This document shows, in pieces, positions 50,059 to 62,089 of a stretch of DNA of 64,000 bases. Source of the stretch: Chiloscyllium plagiosum (lineage: Eukaryota). The stretch lies in NCBI RefSeq assembly GCF_004010195.1, contig NC_057720.1, positions 16,079,301 to 16,143,300 on the forward strand. The letters are read 5' to 3'. Made by a program: the position numbers and the translations under genes. The stretch's first letter is position 1, and each line of letters starts with the position of its first letter. Under the pieces are notes generated by a model that was given only the letters and a program-made list of their open reading frames with translations, was not told where the DNA came from and made no database searches.

Positions 50059-50148
50059 TTCCCTATCTACTACCCTTTATATGTAGAAATGCTTCCTAAC
50101 ATCTCCCCTGAACAGCCTAGCTCTAATTCTCAGACTACGCTCTCCTGG

Positions 50149-50214
50149 ATTAGATTAGATTAGATTACAGTGTGGAAACAGGCCCTTCGGCCCAACAAGT
50201 CCACACCGACCCGC
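50149..50214 (-). mobile_element. Young HE1-like SINE, 3' ~65 bp only
   Basis: (TTAGA)n then CAGTGTGGAAACAGGCCCTTCGGCCCAACAAGTCC as in 54225-54285. Confidence 0.88.
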
Positions 50215-50691
50215 ACCAGAGGTCACAGTTTAAGGATACCCACTTGGAATATTGTGAGCAAACCTGGGCATCACATCTTAGGAAGATACATTGTCCTTGG
50301 AAAGAGTGATCTAGAATCTCAAACCAATAGAAATAGTTTCTTTATCTAGTCTTAATATTTTGAAGACTAGGAGAAAGTGAGGACTGCAGATACCGGAGAT
50401 CAGAGTCAAAAAGTGTGGTGCAGGAAAAGCACAGTCAGTCAGGCAGCATCCGAGGAGCAGGAGACTTCAAATCTTGAAGACTTCAAATTAGAACAACCCT
50501 TAACTTTCTAAATTGTACAGAAATCAGGTTTAGTTTGTATAATCTCTCCTCATAACCTAACACCTGAAGTCCAGGTGGATTCTTGGAAGCACATGTCATC
50601 TCTTTCCAAGGACAATGTATCTTCCTAAGATGTGATGCCCAGGTTTGCTCACAATATTCCAAGTGGGTATCCTTAAACTGTGACCTCTGGT
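50215..50691. repeat. Perfect 92-bp inverted duplication, 50215-50306 versus 50600-50691
   Basis: Base-by-base reverse-complement identity, 92 of 92. Confidence 0.95.
50368..50465 (-). mobile_element. Truncated copy of the Penelope-like family
   Basis: TAGGAGAAAGTGAGGACTGCAGATA...CAGCATCCGAGGAGCAGGAGA; hammerhead part absent. Confidence 0.8.
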
Positions 50692-51544
50692 TCTAAACTA
50701 AAGTAGGCCAATCCAATTCTATCCTTTGTCCAGTTTCAACCAACAGCAATCCAAACATTTATGTCATTATGTCTCATATTGGAGTTCCACCACAATAGTG
50801 GCAGGCCAACTATTTGTTCACGAAGGCCTTACACGTACTGTGAATGGCATCCATTCTCAATAGGAAACAGGGACTAATCCAAAAAAAAAACCTCCATGGG
50901 GTCAATTATTCATTCAGAATTCTTTAACTTTGAATTTGAGATTTTTGTCATTCTCAATTGCCAAAAACTTCATAAACTTCCTCTGATTAGTTTGAGACTC
51001 ATTTTTTAGTTCCAGAGTCTTTATTTTGTATTAAGTTAGAGTTTCCACTTGCTTTGTTTTCCAGTTTAGAGTTAATCTTTGCTTAGTGCCAGTTGGTGCC
51101 ATTGGAAAGGGCACTTTCTGCTTTCCTCGAATGGGCGATGCCCGTTCTCATTGCCACATTATCCATTTTATCAAGTCAGTCAAGTACATTCACTTCATCG
51201 ACAATGAACTCTGACCCAAACCTGATTCATTGCAAAGATACATTTGCATCCTAGTACACTTGAAACCAGCTCATTATTTCAATTGATTAGCTTTTCTGCC
51301 AAGTAATGCATTCTATTGGAATTTTCAGCCCACTGGCAGTGATCATTTAATGCTGATTCAGAAATAAAGTACAGAAAACACCTATTAAGCCAACACTGCT
51401 ATATTCAGATTAGCCATAAGTCAGTGTCAAAATTACCAACATGCACAAAATAGCTACACATACATAATACTATTTCTTGACTGCCTCTATTACTGCTAGA
51501 TATTAGCTGACATTGGGTTGGGTTTGCGCTACAGAGACGGGTAA

Positions 51545-51895
51545 TTTTTTTAAAATTGTTTCATTGGGTATTAGCAAGGCCAGCATTTATTACCCATCCC
51601 TGACTGCCCTGGAGCTGAATAGCTTGCCAGGCATTTCAAAGTCAGTCACATTCTATGCAGTAACCCCAACTGGACAAGACTGGCAGCTTTCCTTCCTCAA
51701 AAGGGCTTGAGTGAACAAGATGGACTTTTACAATAATCTATGATAGTTGCCTGGTCACCATTACTAAAAGCACCTTTTAATTTCAGATTTATTCGAATGC
51801 CACCAGAGGCTATAGTGGGATTTGAACCTGTATTCCCCACAGTATTAGCCAGGGACTTTAGACTATTAGCCCGGCAACATTATACTATGCCATCC
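51545..51895 (-). mobile_element. SINE family 2
   Basis: GGCCAGCATTTATTACCCATCCC...GTGGGATTTGAACC. Confidence 0.65.
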
Positions 51896-52077
51896 GATTC
51901 CTGATCCCAAACCTATTGTGGAGGAGATACTGGCCTAACCTGGTTCCATGCCTTGGGCTTGTGGTAAAGATGGACCTGCCAAATCCTATAGCCTCTGTGG
52001 AACCTGAAACAAGCTGAGAAGCAGGCAGATGTATGAGTCACCTCTGACACCATTCCTGTGAGTTGAAACTGGTGCAG

Positions 52078-52423
52078 AGAATCATTGAGGCCCTGCAGTG
52101 TGGAAAGAGGCCACTCAACCCATCGAGTCAGCACCAAACCTCCAAAGAGCATCCGACCCTGACCCAGCCCTCCACCAGGTCCCAAAACCCATATTTACCA
52201 TGGCTAACCCACGTAGCCTGCACACTCCAGGACAATTTAGCTTGGCCAATTCAACTAAATTGCACATTTTGGGACAGTGAGAGGAAGCTGGAACACCTAG
52301 AGGAAACCCACGCAGGCAGGGGGAGAATATGCAAACTCCACATAGACAGTCATGCAAGGCTGGAATCAAACCGGGTCCCTGGCACTGTGAGGCAGCAGAG
52401 CTAACCACTGAGCCACCGTGCCA
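52078..52423 (-). mobile_element. HE1-like V-SINE
   Basis: Full head (GGCACGGTGGCTCAGTGGTTAGC on the reverse strand), V-domain and tail. Confidence 0.9.
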
Positions 52424-53183
52424 TCTCCGGACATAGCCGACCCAAATCACGTATCTCTGCCATTTTTTTCCATCAGTCTGGATCAATTGACAAAGAAGAA
52501 GACATGAATATCCAAGACATTGTGTTGCAGTTAATGTACCTACTGGAGTATATTTTCACAGACAGCGGCTTCTACTTTTTCCAAATAAAAAACCTCCTTT
52601 CAATCAATGTTAATGGCATTCTGATGTCAAATTCACAGCTCAAATTCTACAGCTCTGTGACATGTGGAAGCAAATTTGTCATTCAAGTTGTTAAGCCCCT
52701 TTGTCATCTTCTTCACTCTGAACAGAAATAACTCACAGTAGCAGCTTTTAATCCATCAAACTTTTATCAGAGGCACAGGATCCACCACCATCTTAGCCTA
52801 ACCATCTAATTTGTTTGAAACCCAGGTCTAATAGCAACAGTAGTGGGGAAAATGTTCAATGGTATATCCAAAGTGCTGTCAATTCTCATCATAAATGGTT
52901 AAAAGATGCATTCATCTGCAAATTCTTGAAATGAAGACGTTAGCAAACATGACACATTTTGGTTTTCATAAAAGGCATTTCATAAAATCCATGAGGTAGC
53001 AAACAGACATGAATTTGCTGAATTGAAAACCAGCCTGACTGTAAGAATAAACATAATGCACTGAAAACACAATTCCTTGTCAAAACTGTTTTCACAAAAC
53101 TTGAAGAGAGTACCTTTTGCAAATTTTCACCAGGTTTTTCCAAGGTCTGAGTTCAAATGACAAACATTAGAAAGATAAACAGC

Positions 53184-53331
53184 AGTCAAAAATTCCTGAT
53201 GAAGGGCTCCTGGCCGAAACGTCGATTCTCCTGTTCCTCGGATGCTGCCTGACCTGCTGTGCTTTTCCAGCAAGACACTCTCGACTCTGATCTCCAGCAT
53301 CCGCAGACCTCACTTTCTCCTAGTCAAAAAT
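53184..53331 (+). mobile_element. Single-arm Penelope-like insertion, hammerhead core 53196-53223
   Basis: TSD AGTCAAAAAT at 53184-53193 and 53322-53331; CTGATGA-A-GGGC-TCCT-GGCC-GAAAC-GTC. Confidence 0.88.
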
Positions 53332-53674
53332 AAACGGAATGACCAAAACATATTATTATTTATCACTGTAAAACAATGCAGATTTTTGATCAGAGAACAG
53401 TAAGGATTAATAGACAATGAGTGACCGTTCAAATGTAACTGTTAATTATTTACAGTGTTGCCAGCCAATACAAACTTTCTTGGGGAACCTTAATCAAACA
53501 TTAAGTGCATATTGAATTTTCTTCATTGTCTAGCAACAGTTTTCTATATTACAGGAGTGACTATTAGTCAGGCATACGTAATTGACTATTAAGCACAATG
53601 GAATAGCCTGATATTATGAAAGATGTTATACAAATGCACTTCTTATCTCATTAAAAACCATGCACTATGTTTTT

Positions 53675-54735
53675 TTTTAATTCATTTGCAGGTTGAGGGT
53701 GTGACTGGCTAGGACTGTATTTTTGTTAGGGGTGGCATGGTCTCAATGGGTAGCACTGCTGTCTCACTGCACCAGGGACCAAGGTTCGATTTCAACCTTG
53801 GCTGACTGTCTGTGTGGATTTCACACATTCTCCCAGTGGCTACATGAATGCGCTGGTTTATTCCACTGTCCAAAGATGTGCAAGTTAGGTGGATTAGTCA
53901 TGTAAAAATACAAGGTTAGCAGGATAGGGTAGGGGGATGGATCTGGGTGGGATGCTCTTCGAAGGGTCAGATGGACTTGTTGGGCCAAATGGCCTGTTTC
54001 CACATTGTTGGGATTCTATGATTATTGCCCATCCCTAATTATCCAGAGGGCAGTTAAGAATCAACCACATTGCTGTGGGTCTGGGGTCACATGTAGGCCA
54101 CACCATGGATAAGGATGGCAGTTTCCTTCCCTAAAGGACCAGATGTGGAACTCTCAACAAGCAGCAATGGATTCATGGCCATCATTAGAATCTTATATCC
54201 AGATTAGTCATTAGTCATCGGAAATTAGATTAGATTACAGTGTGGAAACAGGCCCTTCGGCCCAACAAGTCCGCACCGACCCGCCGAAGCGCAAACCACC
54301 CATACATTTACCCCTTACCTAACACTACGGGCAATTTAGCATGGCCGATTCACCTGACCTGCACATCTTTGGACTGTGGGAGGAAACCGGAGCACCCAGA
54401 GGAAACCCACGCAGACACGGGGAGAACGTGCAAACTCCACACAGTCAGTCGCCTGAGTCGGGAATTGAACCCGGGTCTCAGGCGCTGTGAGGCAGCAGTG
54501 CTAACCACTGTGCCACCGTGCTGCCCACTAATGTAGGGTAATAGGGTAGGGGTGTGGGTCTGGGTGGGAGTCTGAGGCTTGGTGTGGACTTGTTGGGCCG
54601 AATGGCCTGTTTACACACTGCACAGATTCTATGATTTTTATTGAATTCAATTTTCACCATCAGCCATGGCAGGATTTAAACCTGGGTGCCAGAACATTAC
54701 CTGTGTCTCTGGTTTATCAGTCGAGTGACAATATT
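53675..54735. mobile_element. Nested SINE cluster: family-2 SINE (-) carrying HE1-like copies at 53729-54023 (+), 54225-54526 (-) and 54530-54635 (+, partial)
   Basis: Host pieces 53675-53722, 54024-54205 and 54636-54735 are colinear with 24795-25115. Confidence 0.8.
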
Positions 54736-54878
54736 TTACAAACCGGTCACAAACAGGGACACTTCTTCCATCAACATTCATATTAGAAATTTCTTATTTA
54801 AACACTTACAATGGCATTACCTTCGTAAACCTCCTACAAGATTACCGAGGTAGGAACATGATAAGCAAGTGACTCAAT

Positions 54879-55038
54879 GCACATTTCTCTATTCTGGATT
54901 AGTGGTGCTGGAAGAGCACAGCAGTTCAGGCAGCATCCTTGGATGCTGCCTGAACTGCTGTGCTCTTCCAGCACCACTAATCCAGAATCTGGTTTCCAGC
55001 ATCTGCAGTCATTGTTTTGACCTCGCACACTTCTCTAT
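54879..55038. mobile_element. Fold-back element lacking the hammerhead centre (perfect 48-bp arms)
   Basis: Arms 54891-54938 and 54941-54988 with loop TT; TSD GCACA(T/C)TTCTCTAT at 54879-54892 and 55025-55038. Confidence 0.92.
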
Positions 55039-56164
55039 GTTTGTTCCTAGTCCCACTTCTGACCAACTGACACTTGAGAAAACACAGATCATGACCCTGC
55101 AATCTCAAGGATGGTTCAGCCAACTGAACATATGCAGTATGCACAATTTACCAGGTAGAGCCACAGAATTTAATCATACCTACCCAAATCATGGAACCTC
55201 TCTCTGTCTCAAACATGTCTAATTTTAAAAGCCAGCTATTTCCAGAAATTGTTTTTTTTTTCAGCATTATCCTTTCATAACATAAGAACATTTCTAAAAA
55301 CATATGAGCACTGATCTGTTTTCATTTTGCTTACTCTATTTTTGATAAAACCTCGAAGTGACAAAGTTCACATTGAAATGCTTAATGTGCTAATTTATTT
55401 GCAGGAATTAGCTTGTTTATTTTCTGCCCATTGAAGCTCAGGTATGTGGTATGCAAATCATTTTCTTGGATTCATAGCAATATTGATGCAAACACAAATA
55501 GAATTGGAGCAGGAGTGGCCCCTTGATTTTGTTCGACCATTCAAGATAGTGGTTGAACAGATCATGACTTCACAGCCACTTTCATGCTTTCAGCACTACA
55601 CTCCCGCTACCCTCAACCCTCTTGCAAATCAGAACTTTGCATACATTCAATAAACAACTTTCTGTTATGATCCCAGATAGAAGGCTGCAGTCTTTTTTTT
55701 TTGAAACAATACAAAAATTTTGTAAAAGGAATAAAAATAAACAAAACAAGCTATTTACATATAGAATACACAGGAAGAGGAGAATCAAAATATTAACTGT
55801 GTTTCTCTCTCCATAATTGCTGCCACACCTGCTGGGTTTCTGCAGCCCTTTTTATGTTTATTTCAGATTTCCAACATCTGCCGTACTTTGCTTTTAAATA
55901 TAGAATACATTCTAAAAGACCTTAAAAACATACAACAAAATATGAAGTCTTACATATTTCTCAACACCGCTTTACAGCATCTCAATGCAGGGAAATTATC
56001 CTTCTATACTTAGGTTTCATTTAACTGCTTCTTTCTAGTTCTGTCCTGTGAACTGTGAAATCTTCTTATAATAGTGCACATAATAAATGAAAACTTAGAC
56101 TTTACTCAGTCTTCTAATAATCTGCAGATTTCTAATCAAACTTTCCTGATCTGGAAGTTTCACA

Positions 56165-56390
56165 AGTTAAAGCGAGGGCAAGGAAACCCCTATCCTTGTT
56201 CTGGGAGAGCAGGGAAGGGGTGAGGGCAGAAATACAGGAAATGGGATGGACACAGCTATCACCTCCCTGTCTATGATGGGAGGTATCCTTGATTGAGGAA
56301 ATCGGAGGACACATCCGAGACACCCTACTCGACATAGACGTTGCCATTATTGGAAAGACAAATGAGGAAATAGAGACTATTTCAAATACC
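56165..56390 (-). pseudogene. Penelope-like RT thumb/linker fragment
   Basis: Reverse strand SDVSSDFLNQGY then, shifted, PISCISALTPSLLSQNKDRGFLAL, resembling the PLE segment between RT and GIY-YIG. Confidence 0.55.
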
Positions 56391-58682
56391 ATCCAATGAG
56401 GATTGAGCAGTTGGTCATGAGGTGGTAGTTCCATTCAAGTACCAAAAATAGATTTGATGAGTAGCTCATGAAATTCCAATGACAGGTCACTGAGGAATAA
56501 AGTAAACACACAAAGATGTGATCAAATTTTAACCAGATGTGCCATACAGATCAGGTAGTGGGAAAATCCAAGCCATCACATACACTGGTGTCTTTAATCT
56601 CAATACCTGCTTTTGAAGAAACATTTAGCAGCACCTGAATAGATTGTATAGGGCCTGTACCTATAACCAGAAATGGGTATCATTATCTTTTAACAATTTT
56701 GGGTGTTTCATCAAGATTTCCTGAAGCAATGCAATTAGGCAATATCACTGTAAAAATGGCGATGGAAAAGTTTGTTCAATTTTTTTTAAAACAAGGTACA
56801 CTTACCCAAGGAAATACAATCATATCAAGGTTTGGCTAGATTAAAGAAAGCACACTTCAGTAATTTAATAATCTTTTGATTTCTAATCAAACACCACTGC
56901 TCTGGACATTTCAAGCGCTAGCCTTTTACTAATAGGTAACTGGGTTTTCCATTCACTGTTTTATACTCCTTTCTAGGGGAAAATCTACAGCAGTCAGGTC
57001 CGCTCTGAAACAGAAATTGCTAGAAAAACTCAGCAGCTCTGGCATCATCTGTGGAGAAAAATCAGATGTAACTTTTCAGGTCCAATGACCCTCCTTCAGA
57101 ACTCTAAAACTGTTCTAAAAATTTTCAGTCTCTGGGCTTGCTAAACTAAAAATGAATTTTCAATTATTCAAAACCAAAACTAAACAAATGTATTTCCATT
57201 TTTATTCTAAGACGTAAACTTCACAGAATGAACTAACAATCTTCCATTTACACTCCAAGAGATCTGCTGTTTGGCACATACTGGTTTAGGCTATTGTTCT
57301 AGGAAGGATGCTCAGAATTTTTTTTGAACTTCACAGAAGTAACCAACACCCATATGCCACTAGTTTGAAAACCAAAATGCTAAAAATCATAATATATATT
57401 AAGTCACAACTTTTTTATTACACCTTTGAGGTACCTAATTCCAAACATTAACATCCTTAAGAGAAGAACTTTGTCTTGTATTTATCTAAATAAAAATTAG
57501 AAAGAGAGAAAAATGCTAAGCAAAAATATGAAGAACTGGACAAAAAAACTTAAAGAAAGAATTAAATAAATAATGTATTGCAACCTTGAGATGTAAATTC
57601 ATTTCAATTTGATAACACGCATAAATTATTTCAATAAAATGGCTTTAATATGAAAACATTTTTAGTCAGATCATTGGCATAAATTTAAGGTCAGCATGGC
57701 CAGCTCTCTATAAACCCATAAAGTTACATTCTCATCTCAGATCCTACGCATTGCTATTGCTGGACAATCAAGTTAAAAAAGATAATGTACATGAGATCAA
57801 AGGTCACAATATCAACGTCATTTGCAATCTGGAAGTCTTAACCTTCAGAATTAATCTTGCTCCTGTGGCTGTGCCTGCAGCCTGGTGATATCAGAATAAC
57901 TATTTTCACACGGAATAAAAAGGTCTACAAAAAATATACTTTTCAACACAATTTCTGCCTTTGGAGTCATTCAGGTGGTTTTAAAAATAACATTACAGCT
58001 TTTACTACTATTTGTAGTAGGAGTTGAATAGATGTCAAAGTTAAACAAGTGTCAGGCCCAATTAGCATTCCCAACAGTGTTTAGTAAGCTCAATAATGGT
58101 GAGCTCTCTGGTGGAGGCATTAATTGCCTATGCCACCAGTAATGGTCCTTCTGCACAATTGTACGTCCAAAAAAATTACAGATTACAGAAAACTGCACCA
58201 GGCTCGTTAAAAGAAGTAGTATAATTGAGACTCTCTAAAGGGAACAGAAAAGATCACTAGCTAATCATAGAGAAAATTTGATTTAAGAAATTAATAGCAC
58301 AAGGTTAGAACTATCTACATTAGCAAACAGGCTGGTGCAATGTAAAGGTTATGGAATCATTGTGTGTGTGTGGGTTTCAGTGGTGATTGTGGACATAAAA
58401 ATACTGAGTGCTAAATTATTCAGGGGACAAAACATCAGCATTAATCTGAGGTTCAGCTATTGTGCTTTAGACATATTGGGGTGGGGTGGAGTGGAGAAGC
58501 AGAAAGTGACGACCTAATGTTAGAATGCAAAATATGTTCTCAGTATATTTACACAAGCATGGCTTGCAGGTAAATGATATAAATCTGGTCATTAGGTTGA
58601 GTTCTTTACAATGTATATTGTATAGCAGTATGTACATTGTTGATGAATGCAGATTTTAACATACCTTCCAAACCATAAACTA

Positions 58683-59130
58683 TAGAGTCATAGAGTCATA
58701 GAGATGTACAGCCTGGATACAGACCCTTCGGCCCAACTCATCCATGCCGACCAGATATCCCAACCCAATCTAGTCCCACTTGCCAGCATCCAGCCCATAT
58801 CCCTCCAAACCCTTCTTATTCATATACCCATCCAGATGCCTTTTAAATGTTGCAATTGTACATGACTCCACCAATTCGTCTGGCAACTCATTCCATACAC
58901 ACACCACCTTCTGCATGAAAAAGTTGCCCCTTTGGTCTCTTTTATACCTTTCCCCTCTCACCTTAAACCTATGCCCTATAGTTCTGGACTCCTCCACCCT
59001 AAGGAAAGGATCTTGGGTATTTACCCTATCGATGCTCTTCATGTTTATAAACCTTTATAAGGTCACCCCTCAGCCTCTGATGCACCAGGGAAAACAGCCT
59101 CAGCCAACATTGACTGTTTCTATATATAGC
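58683..59130 (-). mobile_element. CR1 3' fragment
   Basis: (TAGAGTCA)n tail; ORF 58770-59042 RGNFFMQKVVCVWNELP. Confidence 0.92.
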
Positions 59131-59809
59131 TCTCCAAATGGAATGGATGCCAGCAAAAAAAATGGCAACTGATAAACTGTTATATACAGGAGCCAGCATA
59201 CATTGGAACAATCTTTTATAGAAGTCTGTGCTTTGCATCATATCGATTATTGCAATTGTTGGAATGAAAATTTGAGCATTAAACTTTACTAATTGGCTCA
59301 AATAATAATGGTTTGTAAAATGAAAGATGTTACTCAATAAATGCAGACATGAAAATCAAACGACATTGAGGAGCTCACTCAGAATCAACCAACTTGGTTC
59401 CTTAAATTGCTTCTGAAGGCTTCGTTTTTATTAGCCAGGCATTTGTAATGCAGAAACCCATTACTATACTCTGTTTAACAATTTCCCAATTTATGAACCA
59501 ACAAATTTCTTGCAAAATGATTATTTGTTGGATAAATAATGCCCAATGCAACTGTAAAGAGAATGAGGCACCTGACTCCGTCTAAATGCTTAGACACTGA
59601 TAAGTAGCTGGCGCTATGAAGTTTTCATTTGGAGCCATCTCAAAAGGACACAGATAACCTTTCCCCAAACCACAGGAGGACAACTAGTAAGCATAGGTTT
59701 GAGCCTTCACTGGGAGCATGAGGAGCTCATTGAGCAACATAATTCCCCAAAGGATCAGAGGGACTATCACCATCGTTCCTCAGCAACATGTTAAAACAGC
59801 AAACCTCAG

Positions 59810-60015
59810 CAAACCTTGGTTCCACAGATGTAGAACTGGAGTTTCAGAAGCAGCTCATCTTACTCTAACCAAGTCCTGCAGGGTGGAGTGTTGCAGAGGC
59901 AGGACATTCTCATCTCCCAGAGCCAACAGAGGAGACCACAAGACCCAGACCATGCCAGTCTGGTCTGAGGTTGCCACCTGGGTTAAAGCTGTCTCATCTA
60001 CCTTGAGGAACACCC
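59810..60015 (+). pseudogene. Harbinger-type Myb/SANT-like DNA-binding protein fragment
   Basis: GVLQRQDIL then, in another frame, TMPVWSEVATWVKAVSSTLRN (W-x-E-V-A...R pattern). Confidence 0.5.
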
Positions 60016-60055
60016 ATTATTTTTTAAACACATTTTAAACCTTCCTTTAGACCTA

Positions 60056-60166
60056 GACTAATGTCCTGATGAAGGGCTCCTGCCCGAAACATAAATTTTC
60101 CTGCTCCTCGGATGCTGCCTGACCTGCTGTGCTTTTCCAGCACCACTTTAATCTTGACTAATGTCC
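60056..60166 (+). mobile_element. Single-arm Penelope-like insertion
   Basis: TSD GACTAATGTCC at 60056-60066 and 60156-60166; CTGATGA-A-GGGC-TCCT-GCCC-GAAAC from 60066. Confidence 0.88.
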
Positions 60167-60485
60167 CAGGTTCTCTATTCTGCCCATATAGCTGAACTCT
60201 ATCATACATGACACCATTCTGTTCAATCTGCCGTAATCCATCTCCAAGGCCTTAACATCCTGCCTTAATGTAACACTCAGAATTGTTCTAAATTCCCCCA
60301 TCAGAGGTCTCAGCAATGATGCATAAAGTCTTAGCTTAACTTCCTTGCTTTTCTATTCTTTTATCCCAATATCAACCACAGAATCTACCCAACCATGATA
60401 ACATGAGACACAACAAAAGAGAATGTTAAGTATGGGAAACATGCTCTCGGTACACTTTTTGACATTCCACTGCTTTTGTCTTTTT

Positions 60486-60824
60486 TTAGATTAGATTAGA
60501 TTAGATTAGATTAGATTACTTACAGTGTGGAAACAGGCCCTTCGGCCCAACAAGTCCGCACTGACCCGCCGAAGCGCAACCCACCCAGACCCATTCCCCT
60601 ACATTTACCCCTTCATCTAACACTACAGGCAATTTAACTCGGCCAATTCACCTAACCTGCACATTTTTGGACTGTGGGAGGAAACCGGAGCACCCGGAGG
60701 AAACCCACGCAGACACAGGGGGATCGTGCAAACTCCACACAGAGAGTCACCTGAGGCGGGAATTGAACCCGGGTCTCTGGCGCTGTGAGGCAGCAGTGCT
60801 AACCACTGTGCCACCGTGCCACCC
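60486..60824 (-). mobile_element. Young full-length HE1-like V-SINE with (TCTAA)n tail
   Basis: A box TGGCACAGTGG and B box GGTTCAATTCC on the reverse strand; CpGs retained; about six TTAGA units at 60486-60518. Confidence 0.92.
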
Positions 60825-62089
60825 ACTTAACTAAATTGGCTACCAACTGTATAATCAGGAACCCAATTTAAAATGCAATACTACTGCTCAGGTTTCTCAG
60901 GATCAGAAATCCTGAAAGGGATTACCCAGATCCATAAGTTGTCTTTTACAGCATTTCTTGTTAGTCAGGAAGAGCAGAAGTGTGTTGTATCATTGCATTG
61001 ACTCCTGATCAGACAATTATATATCACATCATGCTTTAGTGTTAAAGTATTCGCCTCACTGCCAGACCCTGTTTCTATGCAATGAAATCAGTCAGCTATG
61101 TGTATGTAATATATGGTGGCAAATCATTAAACACTAAACCCAGATTGTGTTTAAACTTGCAATATTGTAGCAGTATATATAATTAGTGTTGTTAATAAAC
61201 TTCAAGGCACCTGTCTCAATAAGAACTCAGTTCTCTGTGGTATTCGTTATTCTGCGTAACGGATAGAAAACCACCGACCATATCAGGGCACTCTTTCCCC
61301 AGCCCATCAAGGAAATCTTGGGCTCTCTCTCCTACCAATCAGAAACTCTCCCTCCCTTTTTCCAATCAGGCCTCTCTTGCCACAGCCCTTCTGATCATGA
61401 ATCTTTCCAACTGCTGATTGCTGGGGATTGTTGTTTATTGAATCAATGAATTATAATCTCCTTAACTTTAAAAAAATTGCAATTACTATTTAATAGTGGA
61501 AAAGAAGACAACAATATTTTAAGTTAAGACTTTTACTGTAATAATTGAGTAAACATTATCTTTGTCAGCAACATATACTTGCAATCACAAATAAACATTC
61601 TCTTTTAATACAAGCAAAGACACACATTGCACTGATTATTAAATAGACAACTAATTCTCCTGAGGCCATGGTTTATCATTCCCAAGGGTTAACTTCAGTC
61701 CTTTACCTTAATCATCCAGGGAGCTTCATAATCGCAAAACTGTCTTTTACAGTGAGGTTTATTTTCTCCTAAAGATTCTCCCTCTGCCACAGGCTAGGCA
61801 AATCTTTCAGTCTCATTTTAACTTTTTATTACTTCAATATTTTCAATCAATGCATGGGCTCTCAGCCACAATCTTATGAACCTCATTTTTATTACAAATT
61901 TAAGCTAAGTGCACCCAGGTGGAAGGCATTGATTGGATGGTCACTTGCACATGCTACTTTGCAACTTATTTTTTGTTACATATTACTTCTAGTTGGCGAA
62001 CAATTTTTAACATCACATTGTATAGGACTGAGTAAAATGTCAAATTAATACAAAAATTTAAATATGTGATTGTATGGATTGTATGTGAT

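Noticed and set aside
60486..60518. Telomeric repeat
   Set aside because: (TTAGA)n is the SINE tail, not TTAGGG
61320..61375. Promoter from paired CCAATCAG motifs
   Set aside because: No CpG island, downstream exon or other support
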